64,000 nt of DNA from Escherichia phage vB_EcoM_G2469. How positions within the stretch are numbered: position 1 is the stretch's first letter; the number at the start of each line of letters is the position of its first letter. Of this stretch, positions 1-9,994 are shown piece after piece. Location of the stretch: the sequence record MK327934.1. One strand, written 5' to 3'. The translations under genes and the position numbers were made by a program. The notes under the pieces were generated by a model that was not told the DNA's origin, made no database searches, and saw nothing but the letters and a program-made list of their open reading frames with translations.

Positions 1-299
1 GAATTATTGAAGGCGACCATGGTCCCGGTGATAAATTAGCTGCTAATATACGAGCTGGTTGGATTCCAGGTGTTTCCTCTCGTGGTCTTGGTTCTTTAAC
101 CGACACCAATAAAGGGTACCGTATCGTGAACGAAGGATTTAAATTAACCGTCGGCGTAGATGCCGTATGGGGACCTTCTGCTCCAGATGCTTGGGTTACT
201 CCTAAACAAATATCAGAATCAGAAAATTCGGTGGAAATCACCAAAAACAGTGCTGATGAAGCATTTAAAGCTCTCGCAGAGAGTTTAAAAGCATTATAA
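1..299 (+). CDS. 21: prohead core protease gp21, C-terminal fragment (start upstream of window)
   Basis: open frame enters window in phase with nt 3 and stops at TAA 297-299 immediately upstream of gene 22; T4 order 21-22-23. Confidence 0.5.
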   Translation, partial: IIEGDHGPGDKLAANIRAGWIPGVSSRGLGSLTDTNKGYRIVNEGFKLTVGVDAVWGPSAPDAWVTPKQISESENSVEITKNSADEAFKALAESLKAL

Positions 300-302
300 A
301 TA
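295..302 (+). promoter_or_regulatory. late promoter (TATAAATA) for gene 22
   Basis: exact TATAAATA about 30 nt upstream of gene 22 ATG. Confidence 0.5.
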
Positions 303-332
303 ATAATGTAATCTAAACCACAGGACACTAAA

Positions 333-1145
333 ATGATCAAAGAACAACTTTTGAAAGAAGCTCAGAATATCGAGACTTCAGTTGCTCTTAATAGTGTTTT
401 CGAATCAGTAGAACTGTCTCCGGACGTTAAAGCTAATTTCAGCACTGTATTCGAAGCCACCGTTAAGCAGGAAGCAGTCAAACTAGCTGAATCTCATATC
501 AAAGCTATCGCCGAAAAAGCCGAAGAAGAAGTTGAAAAGGCTAAAGAAGATGCTGAAGAGAAAGCTGATAAAAAATTGGCTGAACAAGCTTCTAAATTCC
601 TAGACCATCTTGCAAAAGAATGGCTCGCAGAAAACCAAATCGCAGTTGATAAAGGCATTAAAGCTGATTTGTTCGAATCCATGCTTGGTGGTCTGAAAGA
701 ACTGTTTGTTGAACATAACGTTGTTGTTCCAGAAGAATCTGTAGATGTTGTAGCAGAAATGGAAGAAGAGCTGGCCGAACATAAAGAAGAAACCGCTCGT
801 TTGTTCGAAGAAGTTACCAAACGTGATGCATATATCAATTACGTTCAGCGTGAAACCGCTATTAATGAAAGCGTAAAAGACCTGACTGAATCTCAGAAAG
901 AAAAAGTTATTGGCCTGGTTGAAGGTATGGATTATTCTGACGCATTTGGTACTAAGTTAACTGCTATTGTAGAAATGGTTAAAGGTTCTACTAAAGAAGA
1001 AGCCGCTATTACCGAAAGTATAAATACAGTTGACAATGACGCTGCCGGTCTTAATTTTGTTGCCGAAGCAGTTGACACTACCACAACTCAGGTAGAACAG
1101 AATTCTAATGTAAGTTTATATGCGAAAGTCGCATCTCGTTTCTAA
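333..1145 (+). CDS. 22: prohead core scaffold protein gp22
   Basis: 270 aa, acidic/Lys-rich coiled-coil scaffold, C-terminus ...VYAKVASRF as T4 gp22; position upstream of 23. Confidence 0.85.
   Translation: MIKEQLLKEAQNIETSVALNSVFESVELSPDVKANFSTVFEATVKQEAVKLAESHIKAIAEKAEEEVEKAKEDAEEKADKKLAEQASKFLDHLAKEWLAENQIAVDKGIKADLFESMLGGLKELFVEHNVVVPEESVDVVAEMEEELAEHKEETARLFEEVTKRDAYINYVQRETAINESVKDLTESQKEKVIGLVEGMDYSDAFGTKLTAIVEMVKGSTKEEAAITESINTVDNDAAGLNFVAEAVDTTTTQVEQNSNVSLYAKVASRF
1019..1026 (+). promoter_or_regulatory. candidate late promoter inside gene 22 for gene 23
   Basis: TATAAATA within 3' part of gene 22, about 140 nt upstream of gene 23. Confidence 0.35.
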
Positions 1146-1162
1146 TTTAAAGGTTAACACAA

Positions 1163-2731
1163 ATGACTACTATCAAAACTAAAGCTCAGCTCGTAGACAA
1201 ATGGAAAGAACTGCTGGAAGGTGAAGGCCTGCCGGAAATCGCTAATAGCAAGCAGGCTATTATCGCTAAAATCTTCGAAAACCAGGAAAAAGATTTCGAA
1301 GTATCCCCTGAATATAAAGACGAGAAAATCGCTCAGGCATTTGGTTCTTTCTTGACCGAAGCTGAAATTGGTGGTGACCATGGTTATAATGCTCAGAACA
1401 TCGCAGCAGGTCAAACCTCTGGTGCAGTAACCCAAATTGGGCCGGCAGTTATGGGTATGGTTCGTCGTGCTATTCCTAATCTGATCGCTTTTGATATTTG
1501 TGGTGTTCAGCCTATGAACAGCCCGACCGGCCAGGTATTTGCTCTCCGTGCAGTATATGGTAAAGACCCTATCGCTGCTGGCGCTAAAGAAGCTTTCCAT
1601 CCGATGTATGCCCCAGACGCGATGTTCTCTGGTCAGGGTGCTGCTAAGAAATTCCCAGCTCTGGCTGCTGACACTACTACTGTTGTAGGTGATATCTATA
1701 CTCACTTCTTCCAAGAAACTGGTACTGTATATCTGCAAGCTTCTGCTGTCGTAACACTTGATTCTGGTGCAACTGATGCAGCTAAATTAGATGCAGAAGT
1801 TAAGAAACAAATGGAAGCTGGTGCACTGGTAGAAATCGCTGAAGGTATGGCTACTTCTATCGCTGAACTTCAGGAAGGTTTCAACGGTTCTACCGATAAC
1901 CCATGGAATGAAATGGGCTTCCGTATCGATAAACAAGTTATCGAAGCTAAATCTCGCCAGCTGAAAGCTGCTTACTCTATCGAATTAGCACAAGACCTCC
2001 GTGCAGTACACGGTATGGATGCTGATGCTGAACTGAGCGGTATTCTGGCTACAGAAATTATGCTAGAAATCAACCGTGAAGTTGTTGATTGGATTAACTA
2101 CTCAGCACAGGTTGGTAAATCTGGTATGACCCTGACTCCGGGTTCTAAAGCTGGCGTATTTGACTTCCAAGACCCGATTGATATCCGTGGTGCTCGTTGG
2201 GCCGGTGAAAGCTTTAAATCTCTGTTGTTCCAGATTGATAAAGAAGCAGTTGAAATTGCTCGTCAAACCGGTCGTGGTGAAGGTAACTTCATTATCGCTT
2301 CCCGTAACGTAGTTAACGTACTGGCTTCAGTTGATACTGGTATTTCTTACGCTGCACAGGGTCTGGCTTCTGGTTTTAATACCGACACTACTAAGTCTGT
2401 ATTTGCCGGTGTACTTGGTGGTAAATACCGCGTATACATCGACCAGTATGCTAAACAGGATTACTTCACCGTTGGTTACAAAGGCGCTAACGAAATGGAT
2501 GCAGGTATTTACTATGCTCCTTACGTTGCACTTACCCCGCTGCGTGGTTCCGATCCTAAGAACTTCCAGCCGGTAATGGGCTTTAAAACTCGTTACGGTA
2601 TCGGTGTTAACCCGTTTGCTGAAAGTTCCCTGCAGGCTCCAGGTGCTCGCATCCAGTCCGGTATGCCATCTATCCTGAACAGCCTTGGTAAGAACGCTTA
2701 CTTCCGCCGTGTATATGTAAAAGGCATCTAA
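1163..2731 (+). CDS. 23: major capsid protein gp23
   Basis: 522 aa; N-terminus MTTIKTKAQLVDKWKELLEGEGLPEIANSKQAIIAKIFENQEKDFE and overall sequence match T4 gp23. Confidence 0.97.
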   Translation: MTTIKTKAQLVDKWKELLEGEGLPEIANSKQAIIAKIFENQEKDFEVSPEYKDEKIAQAFGSFLTEAEIGGDHGYNAQNIAAGQTSGAVTQIGPAVMGMVRRAIPNLIAFDICGVQPMNSPTGQVFALRAVYGKDPIAAGAKEAFHPMYAPDAMFSGQGAAKKFPALAADTTTVVGDIYTHFFQETGTVYLQASAVVTLDSGATDAAKLDAEVKKQMEAGALVEIAEGMATSIAELQEGFNGSTDNPWNEMGFRIDKQVIEAKSRQLKAAYSIELAQDLRAVHGMDADAELSGILATEIMLEINREVVDWINYSAQVGKSGMTLTPGSKAGVFDFQDPIDIRGARWAGESFKSLLFQIDKEAVEIARQTGRGEGNFIIASRNVVNVLASVDTGISYAAQGLASGFNTDTTKSVFAGVLGGKYRVYIDQYAKQDYFTVGYKGANEMDAGIYYAPYVALTPLRGSDPKNFQPVMGFKTRYGIGVNPFAESSLQAPGARIQSGMPSILNSLGKNAYFRRVYVKGI

Positions 2732-2755
2732 TCTTAATTGATTAAATCTTATTTT

Positions 2756-2780
2756 GGGAGACTTCGGTCTCCCATTTTTG
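2756..2780 (+). terminator. intrinsic terminator after gene 23
   Basis: GGGAGAC-TTCG-GTCTCCC hairpin followed by ATTTTTG. Confidence 0.6.
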
Positions 2781-2783
2781 GTT

Positions 2784-3053
2784 TTATTTCTGTGCAATTT
2801 CGATGTAAGTTTTCAAAATATTTTGCCAATTAGGCATACCTTCTTGGACATATGCCGGAGAACCATCTTTGTTTTTGAATGATGCAAGTTTATCAGTGGC
2901 CCAATAACCTTTAGCTCGAGCTTCAGAACCAACTTTCATCCATACTTTGTTGAAGGCATTACCATTAACTTTTGCACCATATTTTTCTACTAACTTAATT
3001 GCTTCAGCTTCCAGAACTTTTAAAGTATCTCGTAAGAAACGTGCTTTAGTCAT
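2784..3053 (-). CDS. hypothetical protein (89 aa) at the position occupied by segD in T4
   Basis: ORF with upstream early-promoter-like motif; no recognisable domain. Confidence 0.5.
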   Translation of the reverse strand: MTKARFLRDTLKVLEAEAIKLVEKYGAKVNGNAFNKVWMKVGSEARAKGYWATDKLASFKNKDGSPAYVQEGMPNWQNILKTYIEIAQK

Positions 3054-3081
3054 TTTGTTTACTCCTCTGTAGTTGATAAGT

Positions 3082-3113
3082 CTATAGTATCACATACCAA
3101 ATACGTTGTAAAC
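3082..3113 (-). promoter_or_regulatory. T4 early-type promoter (minus strand)
   Basis: plus-strand CTATAGTA ... about 18 nt ... GTAAAC = reverse complement of GTTTAC -35 / TACTATAG extended -10. Confidence 0.45.
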
Positions 3114-3119
3114 AATCTT

Positions 3120-3127
3120 TATAAATA
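3120..3127 (+). promoter_or_regulatory. late promoter for gene 24
   Basis: TATAAATA about 28 nt upstream of gene 24 ATG. Confidence 0.5.
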
Positions 3128-3154
3128 ATCTATATCACATAAGGAAAAAATGCA

Positions 3155-4438
3155 ATGAGTAAAATCCAAAAATTATTGCGTGAATCTACAACGTCTACTA
3201 GCAACTCAATTGGTCGCCCAAATCTCGTTGCTTTGACTCGCGCTACGACTAAATTAATATATTCTGACATTGTAGCAACACAAAGAACTAATCAACCTGT
3301 TGCTGCTTTTTATGGTATCAAATATCTTAACCCGGATAACGAATTCACATTTAAAACTGGTGCTACTTATGCTGGCGAAGTTGGATATGTAGACCGAGAA
3401 AAAATTACTGAACTCACAGAAGAATCAAAAGTCACACTAAATAAAGGTGATTTTTTCAAATATAATAATATCGTCTATAAAGTGTTAGAAGATACACCAT
3501 TTGCAGATATTCAAGAAAGTGATCTAGAATTAGCTCTTCAGATTGCAGTCGTTCATTTAAAGGTACGGTTATTTTCAGATGCAGCGGTAACAAGCAAATT
3601 TGAAAGCTCTGATAGCGAAATTTCTGATGCAAGATTCCAGATTAATAAATGGCAAACTTCAGTCAAATCTCGCAAACTTAAAACTGGTCTCACGGTTGAA
3701 TTAGCGCAAGATTTGGAAGCGAATGGATTTGATGCCCCTAACTTCTTAGAGGATTTGCTTGCTACTGAAATGGCTGATGAAATTAATAAAGATATTCTTC
3801 AGTCTTTAATTACTGTATCGAAACGTTATAAAGTTACTGGAATTACTGACACCGGATTTATTGACTTGAGCTATGCATCCGCTCCAGAAGCAGGTCGTTC
3901 ATTATATCGAATGGTGTGTGAAATGGTATCACACATTCAAAAAGAGACAACTTATACTGCAACGTTTTGTGTAGCCTCAGCTCGTGCAGCTGCTATTCTT
4001 GCTGCTTCCGGTTGGTTAAAACATAAGCCAGAAGATGACAAGTATCTTTCACAAAATGCTTATGGATTCTTGGCAAATGGATTACCTCTTTACTGCGATA
4101 CCAACAGTCCGTTAGATTATGTTATTGTTGGTGTTGTAGAAAATATCGGCGAAAAAGAAATTGTAGGGTCCATCTTTTATGCTCCATACACTGAAGGAGT
4201 AGATTTAGATGACCCGGAACATGTTGGTGCATTTAAAGTTGTAGTTGATCCAGAAAGCTTGCAACCGTCTATCGGATTATTGGTTAGATATGCTTTATCA
4301 GCAAATCCTTACACAGTAGCAAAAGACGAAAAAGAAGCGAGAATAATTGATGGTGGGGACATGGATAAAATGGCAGGACGTTCAGACTTGTCTGTTTTAC
4401 TCGGTGTTAAATTGCCTAAAATTATTATAGATGAATAA
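3155..4438 (+). CDS. 24: capsid vertex protein gp24
   Basis: 427 aa, gp23 paralogue, T4 synteny. Confidence 0.93.
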   Translation: MSKIQKLLRESTTSTSNSIGRPNLVALTRATTKLIYSDIVATQRTNQPVAAFYGIKYLNPDNEFTFKTGATYAGEVGYVDREKITELTEESKVTLNKGDFFKYNNIVYKVLEDTPFADIQESDLELALQIAVVHLKVRLFSDAAVTSKFESSDSEISDARFQINKWQTSVKSRKLKTGLTVELAQDLEANGFDAPNFLEDLLATEMADEINKDILQSLITVSKRYKVTGITDTGFIDLSYASAPEAGRSLYRMVCEMVSHIQKETTYTATFCVASARAAAILAASGWLKHKPEDDKYLSQNAYGFLANGLPLYCDTNSPLDYVIVGVVENIGEKEIVGSIFYAPYTEGVDLDDPEHVGAFKVVVDPESLQPSIGLLVRYALSANPYTVAKDEKEARIIDGGDMDKMAGRSDLSVLLGVKLPKIIIDE

Positions 4439-4440
4439 AC

Positions 4441-4471
4441 AAAAAAAAAAGGGACCGTAAGGTCCCTTTTT
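4441..4471. terminator. bidirectional intrinsic terminator between 24 and rnlB
   Basis: A10-GGGACC-GTAA-GGTCCC-T5; A-tract and T-tract flank a GNRA-loop hairpin. Confidence 0.6.
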
Positions 4472-4473
4472 CG

Positions 4474-5472
4474 TTATGATACTAATTCAATCCATGCAGG
4501 ACGCAGAACATCTTGCACCATTCGGACTAATTCTTTCTTAACAAGATTCGGATTATCGGATGATGTTAATACAATACCTTCACGAGAAGTTTCTTCCAGA
4601 ATATCTTGAACAGTCAATCCCATCACTTTGCCAAAATCTTTTGGCGTTACAGACCCAATCTTAGAAATCACATTATTAACACGGTTTAATGTAACATAAC
4701 AAGCTAGGACATCAAGCAAGTTTTTGTCAATTTCGGTTAATGGAACCTGAGTTTTAATAGGCTTATCAGACTTTTTCTTTTCACTGAATTTAGAGTTCTT
4801 ACACTTAATAGCTACACGAGTACCGTTTGGCAGCCATTTAGGGAAACAAGGCTTCAGAACATAACCTTCTGCCGTATTATCGCCAATAACATTAGCATCA
4901 AATACACAATTATTTGCTTCTACAAGGTCTTCTGACGCAGTAGCATTATAAGCGGCTAAAACGGAATCAAGGTCATTTGGAATCATGATAAGAGAATCAA
5001 ATGTTCCACGACCAAGCATTGGTGCCATTTTAAAACCGAATTCATTACAGAAATCTTGCATTTCGTAATCGGTCAAATACGTATTATCACCACTTTCTGT
5101 ATTGATAAGGATATCGAACACATAAAAATCTTTTTCACCGTAGTCAACACCTTTCTGGATTCCACCACCAGCGAATTCACCAAAGACCTGATATGATACA
5201 GCTCGAGAACTACCCATTACTTCTTGAACGTTTTTAATAGCCTTATCATACTTCTTGAGTACAATTTCATAACCATAAAAATCTTCTGCTGGAAGAATAG
5301 GGCCTGTGCGCTTGGCGCATGTGACGTTGTCACGTTCAATTATTAACGAGAAGTTAGTCCCATGGATTTTCTCACGTGCTACCCAAACACCAGTAGTCAA
5401 ACCATTAGTGTAGAGTTTTTCAATAAACTTAGAGTTGTAGTGGTTTTCAAGACTGCTGTATTTCTTAAACAT
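4474..5472 (-). CDS. rnlB: RNA ligase 2 (Rnl2)
   Basis: 332 aa; N-terminal [12 protein letters not shown]...EKIHGTNFS with KxHGxN nucleotidyltransferase motif I; T4 position after 24. Confidence 0.9.
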   Translation of the reverse strand: MFKKYSSLENHYNSKFIEKLYTNGLTTGVWVAREKIHGTNFSLIIERDNVTCAKRTGPILPAEDFYGYEIVLKKYDKAIKNVQEVMGSSRAVSYQVFGEFAGGGIQKGVDYGEKDFYVFDILINTESGDNTYLTDYEMQDFCNEFGFKMAPMLGRGTFDSLIMIPNDLDSVLAAYNATASEDLVEANNCVFDANVIGDNTAEGYVLKPCFPKWLPNGTRVAIKCKNSKFSEKKKSDKPIKTQVPLTEIDKNLLDVLACYVTLNRVNNVISKIGSVTPKDFGKVMGLTVQDILEETSREGIVLTSSDNPNLVKKELVRMVQDVLRPAWIELVS

Positions 5473-5591
5473 AAATCACCATTATAAATAATAATATCAA
5501 AATAATTAGCAGAGACTCTATCTCTGACCGGATGTTTAATTTGAATGGATAGAACCTAGATTCATTATACCATCAAAAATTGTAAAGCATA

Positions 5592-5843
5592 TTAGAACTT
5601 GATTTCTATCCAATGACCATCACGCTGGTCGTGATTAATTTTGTACTGAAAGCCATTATCACGAAGCCATTGACCGACTTGTTCAGTTATAGTTAAATCG
5701 TTCTTTGACGGGTAGTACGTGAATTGTGTCTGGCCTTTATCAGCGGCTTTCTCTGCCATCACAGAGAAGTTAGTAATAAAATCACTCAACAAATTAGCTT
5801 TAGTGGCCAGTGCCCTTTCTCTTAATTCCTGTGCAAAACTCAT
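5592..5843 (-). CDS. hypothetical protein (T4 24.2-like)
   Basis: 83-aa ORF, synteny. Confidence 0.5.
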   Translation of the reverse strand: MSFAQELRERALATKANLLSDFITNFSVMAEKAADKGQTQFTYYPSKNDLTITEQVGQWLRDNGFQYKINHDQRDGHWIEIKF

Positions 5844-6040
5844 TTCTTCACCTTTTTGTTAATCAAACGTTTACGGTATACAACTTTTTCTTTTGCTTTA
5901 AACTTTGACCGAGCTGTCTCGGCTTTAGTCCATAGTAATCCAACTTCTTTAGGTTGTAAACCAATTTTTTGAGCAATTTCTACGAATGAAAATCCCGCCT
6001 CATGTAATGTATAAACTTCAACTTCAGCTCTCATAATCAA
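5840..6040 (-). CDS. hypothetical small basic protein with HTH-like segment (T4 24.3-like)
   Basis: 66-aa ORF, ATGA overlap with downstream gene, Lys-rich C-terminus. Confidence 0.5.
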   Translation of the reverse strand: MIMRAEVEVYTLHEAGFSFVEIAQKIGLQPKEVGLLWTKAETARSKFKAKEKVVYRKRLINKKVKK

Positions 6041-6105
6041 TCCCGTATTATTTGGTTTGTGCCATTATATACATCAATCTCAAGTTGTGTTTTTGTATGC
6101 TTTAA

Positions 6106-6130
6106 AAACGAAGAAAGGGGCCGAAGCCCC
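6106..6130 (-). terminator. intrinsic terminator after hoc
   Basis: GGGGC-TTCG-GCCCC hairpin followed by U-rich tract on minus strand. Confidence 0.5.
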
Positions 6131-6136
6131 TTACGA

Positions 6137-7267
6137 TTATGGATATGTATAGATGATACCAGTTTCCAAAGCAGTTTTATGGATGATGTATCCATTACGT
6201 GATTCTTGAACATCAACTTCCGGATAGTCTTTCATCATTTTCTGAAGAGTGTAACGATGCAGGTAGTATTTACTATCTGGATCTTCAGTTTTCCAATCTT
6301 TACCTTCTTCAGTCATTTTTTGGATTTCATCCATAACCCACCAACCGCACCAGATGTAAGCTGAAGTACGATGTGGAAGAGGATGAACATAAGGTAATTC
6401 ACCTTCTGGTTCCGGAGCAACTTTATCAGTTACCTGAACTTGACCTTCTGCTGTAATAGTTTTGCTATCGTAATCAGTTGCAGTAATAGTTGCAGTAACT
6501 TCAATAGTTTGACTTCCAATAGACGAGGTATCAACGGTATATACATTAGTTGACCCTTCTACAGGAGAAGAATCTTTCTTCCATGAATACGCAATTTGCG
6601 CTTCTTCTGGAGCATCCGTAACATTAGCCGTAAATGTAGCCGAAGCATCTTGTTGAACATTAATAGAAGGAGGAGTCAATGTAACCTGTGGATTCATTGT
6701 CTTCTTATTAACCGTTAATGATACTTCATTCGAAGTAACTTCCTTTGCATCATAATCTGTCGCAGTTACTTGGGCTACACATTTAATTCTTTTTACTCCA
6801 CTTGTAGTTGGAGTATAGCTAAATGTAGAGTTAGTTTCTCCACCAACCTGTGAATCATCTACATACCACTGATACGTAGCAGACGCTCCAGCTGGTTGAG
6901 AAGCTAAGGCAGCAGTAAATTGAACTGGGGTTCCAATTACTCCAGCTGAAGGACTATTGGGAGTTACAGCTAAGGTAGTCGTTTGTGTCTTGTTTTGAAC
7001 TGTGATGGTTGTAGAAGCTTCTGCTGTTTCAGCTTCAGCTTCTGGAACTGTATTTGTTGCAACTACTTTAATAGTCTTTTGACCGGCAGGTCCTTTTAGT
7101 ACATAACTAAAAGTTGCTTCAGCTCCATCTTGCGGAACATCATCTACAGTCCAAGCATATGTAATAGTTCCGCCTCCAGTTTCACCACTGGGTGTAGCAG
7201 TAAACTGCTGAGTCTGATCTATAACTCCAGTAGGTGTTTTAGGAGTTATATCAACTGTAAAAGCCAT
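6137..7267 (-). CDS. hoc: Hoc, highly immunogenic outer capsid protein
   Basis: 376 aa, Thr/Val-rich Ig-like repeats, C-terminal capsid-binding region ...GIIYTYP as T4 Hoc. Confidence 0.9.
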   Translation of the reverse strand: MAFTVDITPKTPTGVIDQTQQFTATPSGETGGGTITYAWTVDDVPQDGAEATFSYVLKGPAGQKTIKVVATNTVPEAEAETAEASTTITVQNKTQTTTLAVTPNSPSAGVIGTPVQFTAALASQPAGASATYQWYVDDSQVGGETNSTFSYTPTTSGVKRIKCVAQVTATDYDAKEVTSNEVSLTVNKKTMNPQVTLTPPSINVQQDASATFTANVTDAPEEAQIAYSWKKDSSPVEGSTNVYTVDTSSIGSQTIEVTATITATDYDSKTITAEGQVQVTDKVAPEPEGELPYVHPLPHRTSAYIWCGWWVMDEIQKMTEEGKDWKTEDPDSKYYLHRYTLQKMMKDYPEVDVQESRNGYIIHKTALETGIIYTYP

Positions 7268-7276
7268 AAGTTATCC

Positions 7277-7945
7277 TTATTTTAATGTTACGAAAGAAGA
7301 ATTACGAGTTTCACGAATTAGAACTGATCCATCGCGGTTAATATAATAAATTAAGCTAAATAATGTTTGGTGAGCAGAAGCATGCACAAAACTAGTTGGG
7401 CGAGATTTCCAATCTGGGGTTTCGGCTATCCATTGATAAATCCACCAAGGAACAGTAACATATCCTGGACCTTTGCCTAATTTAATGAGTGTAGGACTAA
7501 AATTTTCAGGCAGAACAAATTTTACTTCTTTATTTACCTCTGCCTCAGGCTCTTTTTCAGATTCAACAACCTGAGTAATTGCTTCTTCGAATTTATCATG
7601 GTCGAATTCTTTTTCTTGTTCGACAACTTCTAATACTTCAACTTGTTCTGTTGGAGAATCAAACAACAGAATAGCTTCTTCTTTAACTTCTTCGTTGGTG
7701 AAATTAACACCGTCCACATCATCTGCGGCAGTAATTAAATCGGTGATAGATAATCCATCAGTTTCAGGTAATGGTTCATCAGCCAGTGCGTTAAGAGCTT
7801 CTTCGATATCAATAACAATATTATCGAATGATTTTGTTTTCTTAACACTAATGCCAAATTGTTCTGCATATTCAAACAGTTTAGCTTTGGCTTCCTTTTT
7901 ATCAGAAAGAGCACGTAACTCTTCAATATAGTCTTTATCGATCAT
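7277..7945 (-). CDS. inh: Inh-like protein (inhibitor of prohead protease)
   Basis: 222 aa, position between hoc and uvsW as in T4. Confidence 0.55.
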   Translation of the reverse strand: MIDKDYIEELRALSDKKEAKAKLFEYAEQFGISVKKTKSFDNIVIDIEEALNALADEPLPETDGLSITDLITAADDVDGVNFTNEEVKEEAILLFDSPTEQVEVLEVVEQEKEFDHDKFEEAITQVVESEKEPEAEVNKEVKFVLPENFSPTLIKLGKGPGYVTVPWWIYQWIAETPDWKSRPTSFVHASAHQTLFSLIYYINRDGSVLIRETRNSSFVTLK

Positions 7946-7958
7946 GATATTTCCTCAT

Positions 7959-7966
7959 TATAAATA
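7959..7966 (+). promoter_or_regulatory. late promoter for uvsW
   Basis: TATAAATA about 30 nt upstream of uvsW ATG. Confidence 0.45.
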
Positions 7967-7995
7967 TAACTATATTTATTACATGGTAATTTGAC

Positions 7996-9510
7996 ATGAC
8001 TGACATTAAAGTACATTTTTATGATTTTAGTCACGTGCGCATTGAATGCGACGAAAGTACGTTTTACGAACTTCGTGACTTTTTTAGCTTTGAAGCTGAC
8101 GGGTATAAATTTAACCCAAAATATCGCTATGGGAACTGGGATGGTAGAATTCGACTTTTAGATTACAATCGTTTGTTACCATATGGACTTGTAGGACAAA
8201 TAAAAAAGTTCTGTAACAATATGAGTTATTCTGTATGGATTGACCCTAAAATCTTTGAGACCGAAGACCTTACCAGGGAAGATTTTGACGCGTGGCTTTC
8301 TAAACAAGAAATTTATTCAGGCAACGCCAAAATCGAACCACATTGGTATCAAAAAGATGCAGTATATGAAGGTCTGGTTAATCGTCGTCGAATTTTAAAC
8401 CTTCCGACATCAGCAGGTAAATCACTAATCCAAGCACTTTTAGCTCGATATTATCTAGAGAACTATGAAGGTAAAATTCTCATTATCGTCCCTACAACAG
8501 CATTGACAACCCAAATGGCTAATGATTTTGTTGATTATCGCTTGTTTAGTCATTCGATGATTAAGAAAATTGGCGGTGGTGCTGATAAAGCGGACAAATC
8601 TAAAAACGACGCTCCAATTATTGTTGGCACATGGCAAACGGTAGTTAAGCAGCCTAAAGAATGGTTCTCTCAGTTCGGTATGATGATGAACGATGAATGC
8701 CACTTAGCAACAGGCAAAAGTATTTCTTCAATCATCTCAGGATTAAATAATTGCATGTTTAAATTCGGTTTATCTGGCTCATTAAGAGACGGAAAAGCCA
8801 ATGTAATGCAGTACGTAGGTATGTTCGGCGAAATCTTCCGTCCTGTTAGCACGTCTAAATTAATGGAAGACGGACAGGTAACTGAGCTTAAGATTAATAG
8901 TATTTTCCTTCGTTATCCGGACGAATTCGCCATTAAATTAAAAGGTAAAACATACCAAGAAGAAGTTAAAATTATTACCGGACTAAAACGACGTACAAAG
9001 TGGATTGCTCAACTTTCGGTCAAATTGGCTAAGAAAGACGAGAACGCCTTTGTAATGTTTAAACACGTTACACACGGTAAAGAAATATTTGAAGCTATTA
9101 AAGAGCTTGGATACGAAAAAGTTTATTACGTATCAGGTGAAGTTGATACTGAAACACGTAACGCGCTTAAAGTCATGGCAGAAAATGGTAAAGGCATTAT
9201 TATTGTTGCATCATATGGAGTATTCTCTACTGGTATTTCAGTCAAGAATCTTCATCATGTTATTTTTGCCCATGGTGTTAAATCAAAAATTATCGTACTT
9301 CAAACCGTAGGTCGCGTGCTTCGTAAGCATGGTTCTAAAGCTGTTGCTACAGTTTGGGATCTCATCGATGACGCAGGTGTAAAACCTAAATCATTAAATA
9401 CTAAAAAGAAGTATACTCATCTTAATTACTTGTTAAAACACGGTATTGATCGTATCCAACGTTACGCTGATGAGAAATTTAACTATGTAATGAAAACAAT
9501 TAATTTATAA
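7996..9510 (+). CDS. uvsW: UvsW SF2 DNA helicase
   Basis: 504 aa, DExH helicase motifs (MMNDECH), T4 synteny. Confidence 0.9.
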   Translation: MTDIKVHFYDFSHVRIECDESTFYELRDFFSFEADGYKFNPKYRYGNWDGRIRLLDYNRLLPYGLVGQIKKFCNNMSYSVWIDPKIFETEDLTREDFDAWLSKQEIYSGNAKIEPHWYQKDAVYEGLVNRRRILNLPTSAGKSLIQALLARYYLENYEGKILIIVPTTALTTQMANDFVDYRLFSHSMIKKIGGGADKADKSKNDAPIIVGTWQTVVKQPKEWFSQFGMMMNDECHLATGKSISSIISGLNNCMFKFGLSGSLRDGKANVMQYVGMFGEIFRPVSTSKLMEDGQVTELKINSIFLRYPDEFAIKLKGKTYQEEVKIITGLKRRTKWIAQLSVKLAKKDENAFVMFKHVTHGKEIFEAIKELGYEKVYYVSGEVDTETRNALKVMAENGKGIIIVASYGVFSTGISVKNLHHVIFAHGVKSKIIVLQTVGRVLRKHGSKAVATVWDLIDDAGVKPKSLNTKKKYTHLNYLLKHGIDRIQRYADEKFNYVMKTINL

Positions 9511-9535
9511 GGGCTGAAGCCCTTAGGAGATAAAA

Positions 9536-9769
9536 ATGGTACTTGAATTTAAACAATTTTTATACGAAGCATCTATTGACGAATTCATGGGTAAAATTGC
9601 TAGTTGTCATACCTTAGAAGGGCTTGAAGAATTGGAAGCTTATTATAAGAAACGTATAAAAGAAACGGAATTAAAAGATACAGATGATATTTCTGTCAGG
9701 GATGCCTTAGCAGGTAAGCGTGCCGAACTTGAAGGCGACGATGATGAGGATGTGGAAGAAGACTTCTAA
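9536..9769 (+). CDS. uvsW.1: UvsW.1 small acidic protein
   Basis: 77 aa immediately after uvsW, acidic C-terminus. Confidence 0.65.
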   Translation: MVLEFKQFLYEASIDEFMGKIASCHTLEGLEELEAYYKKRIKETELKDTDDISVRDALAGKRAELEGDDDEDVEEDF

Positions 9770-9826
9770 TTAAAAAAGGCCCGACCTTTTTGGAAGGGCC
9801 AAAAACCATAGGCAAAAAAGGTAACA

Positions 9827-9994
9827 CTATAGTAAAAGTTGGGTTTCGTTCAATTGCTCTTCTGAACTTTCTGAAACCGGCAATTGTTGGACATAATTAT
9901 AACAAGGACCAGGATGTGCTGGACCTTTGTCTGTTTCAACAACCAATGCAGAATCGATTGGAGTTTTACAGACAACACAAATCTTATCTGACAT
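9827..9994 (-). CDS. small Cys-containing protein (T4 uvsY.-2-like), 55 aa
   Basis: hand-translated minus-strand ORF MSDKICVVCKTPIDSALVVETDKGPAHPGPCYNY... with GGAGG RBS; below the ORF-track size cut-off. Confidence 0.5.
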   Translation of the reverse strand: MSDKICVVCKTPIDSALVVETDKGPAHPGPCYNYVQQLPVSESSEEQLNETQLLL

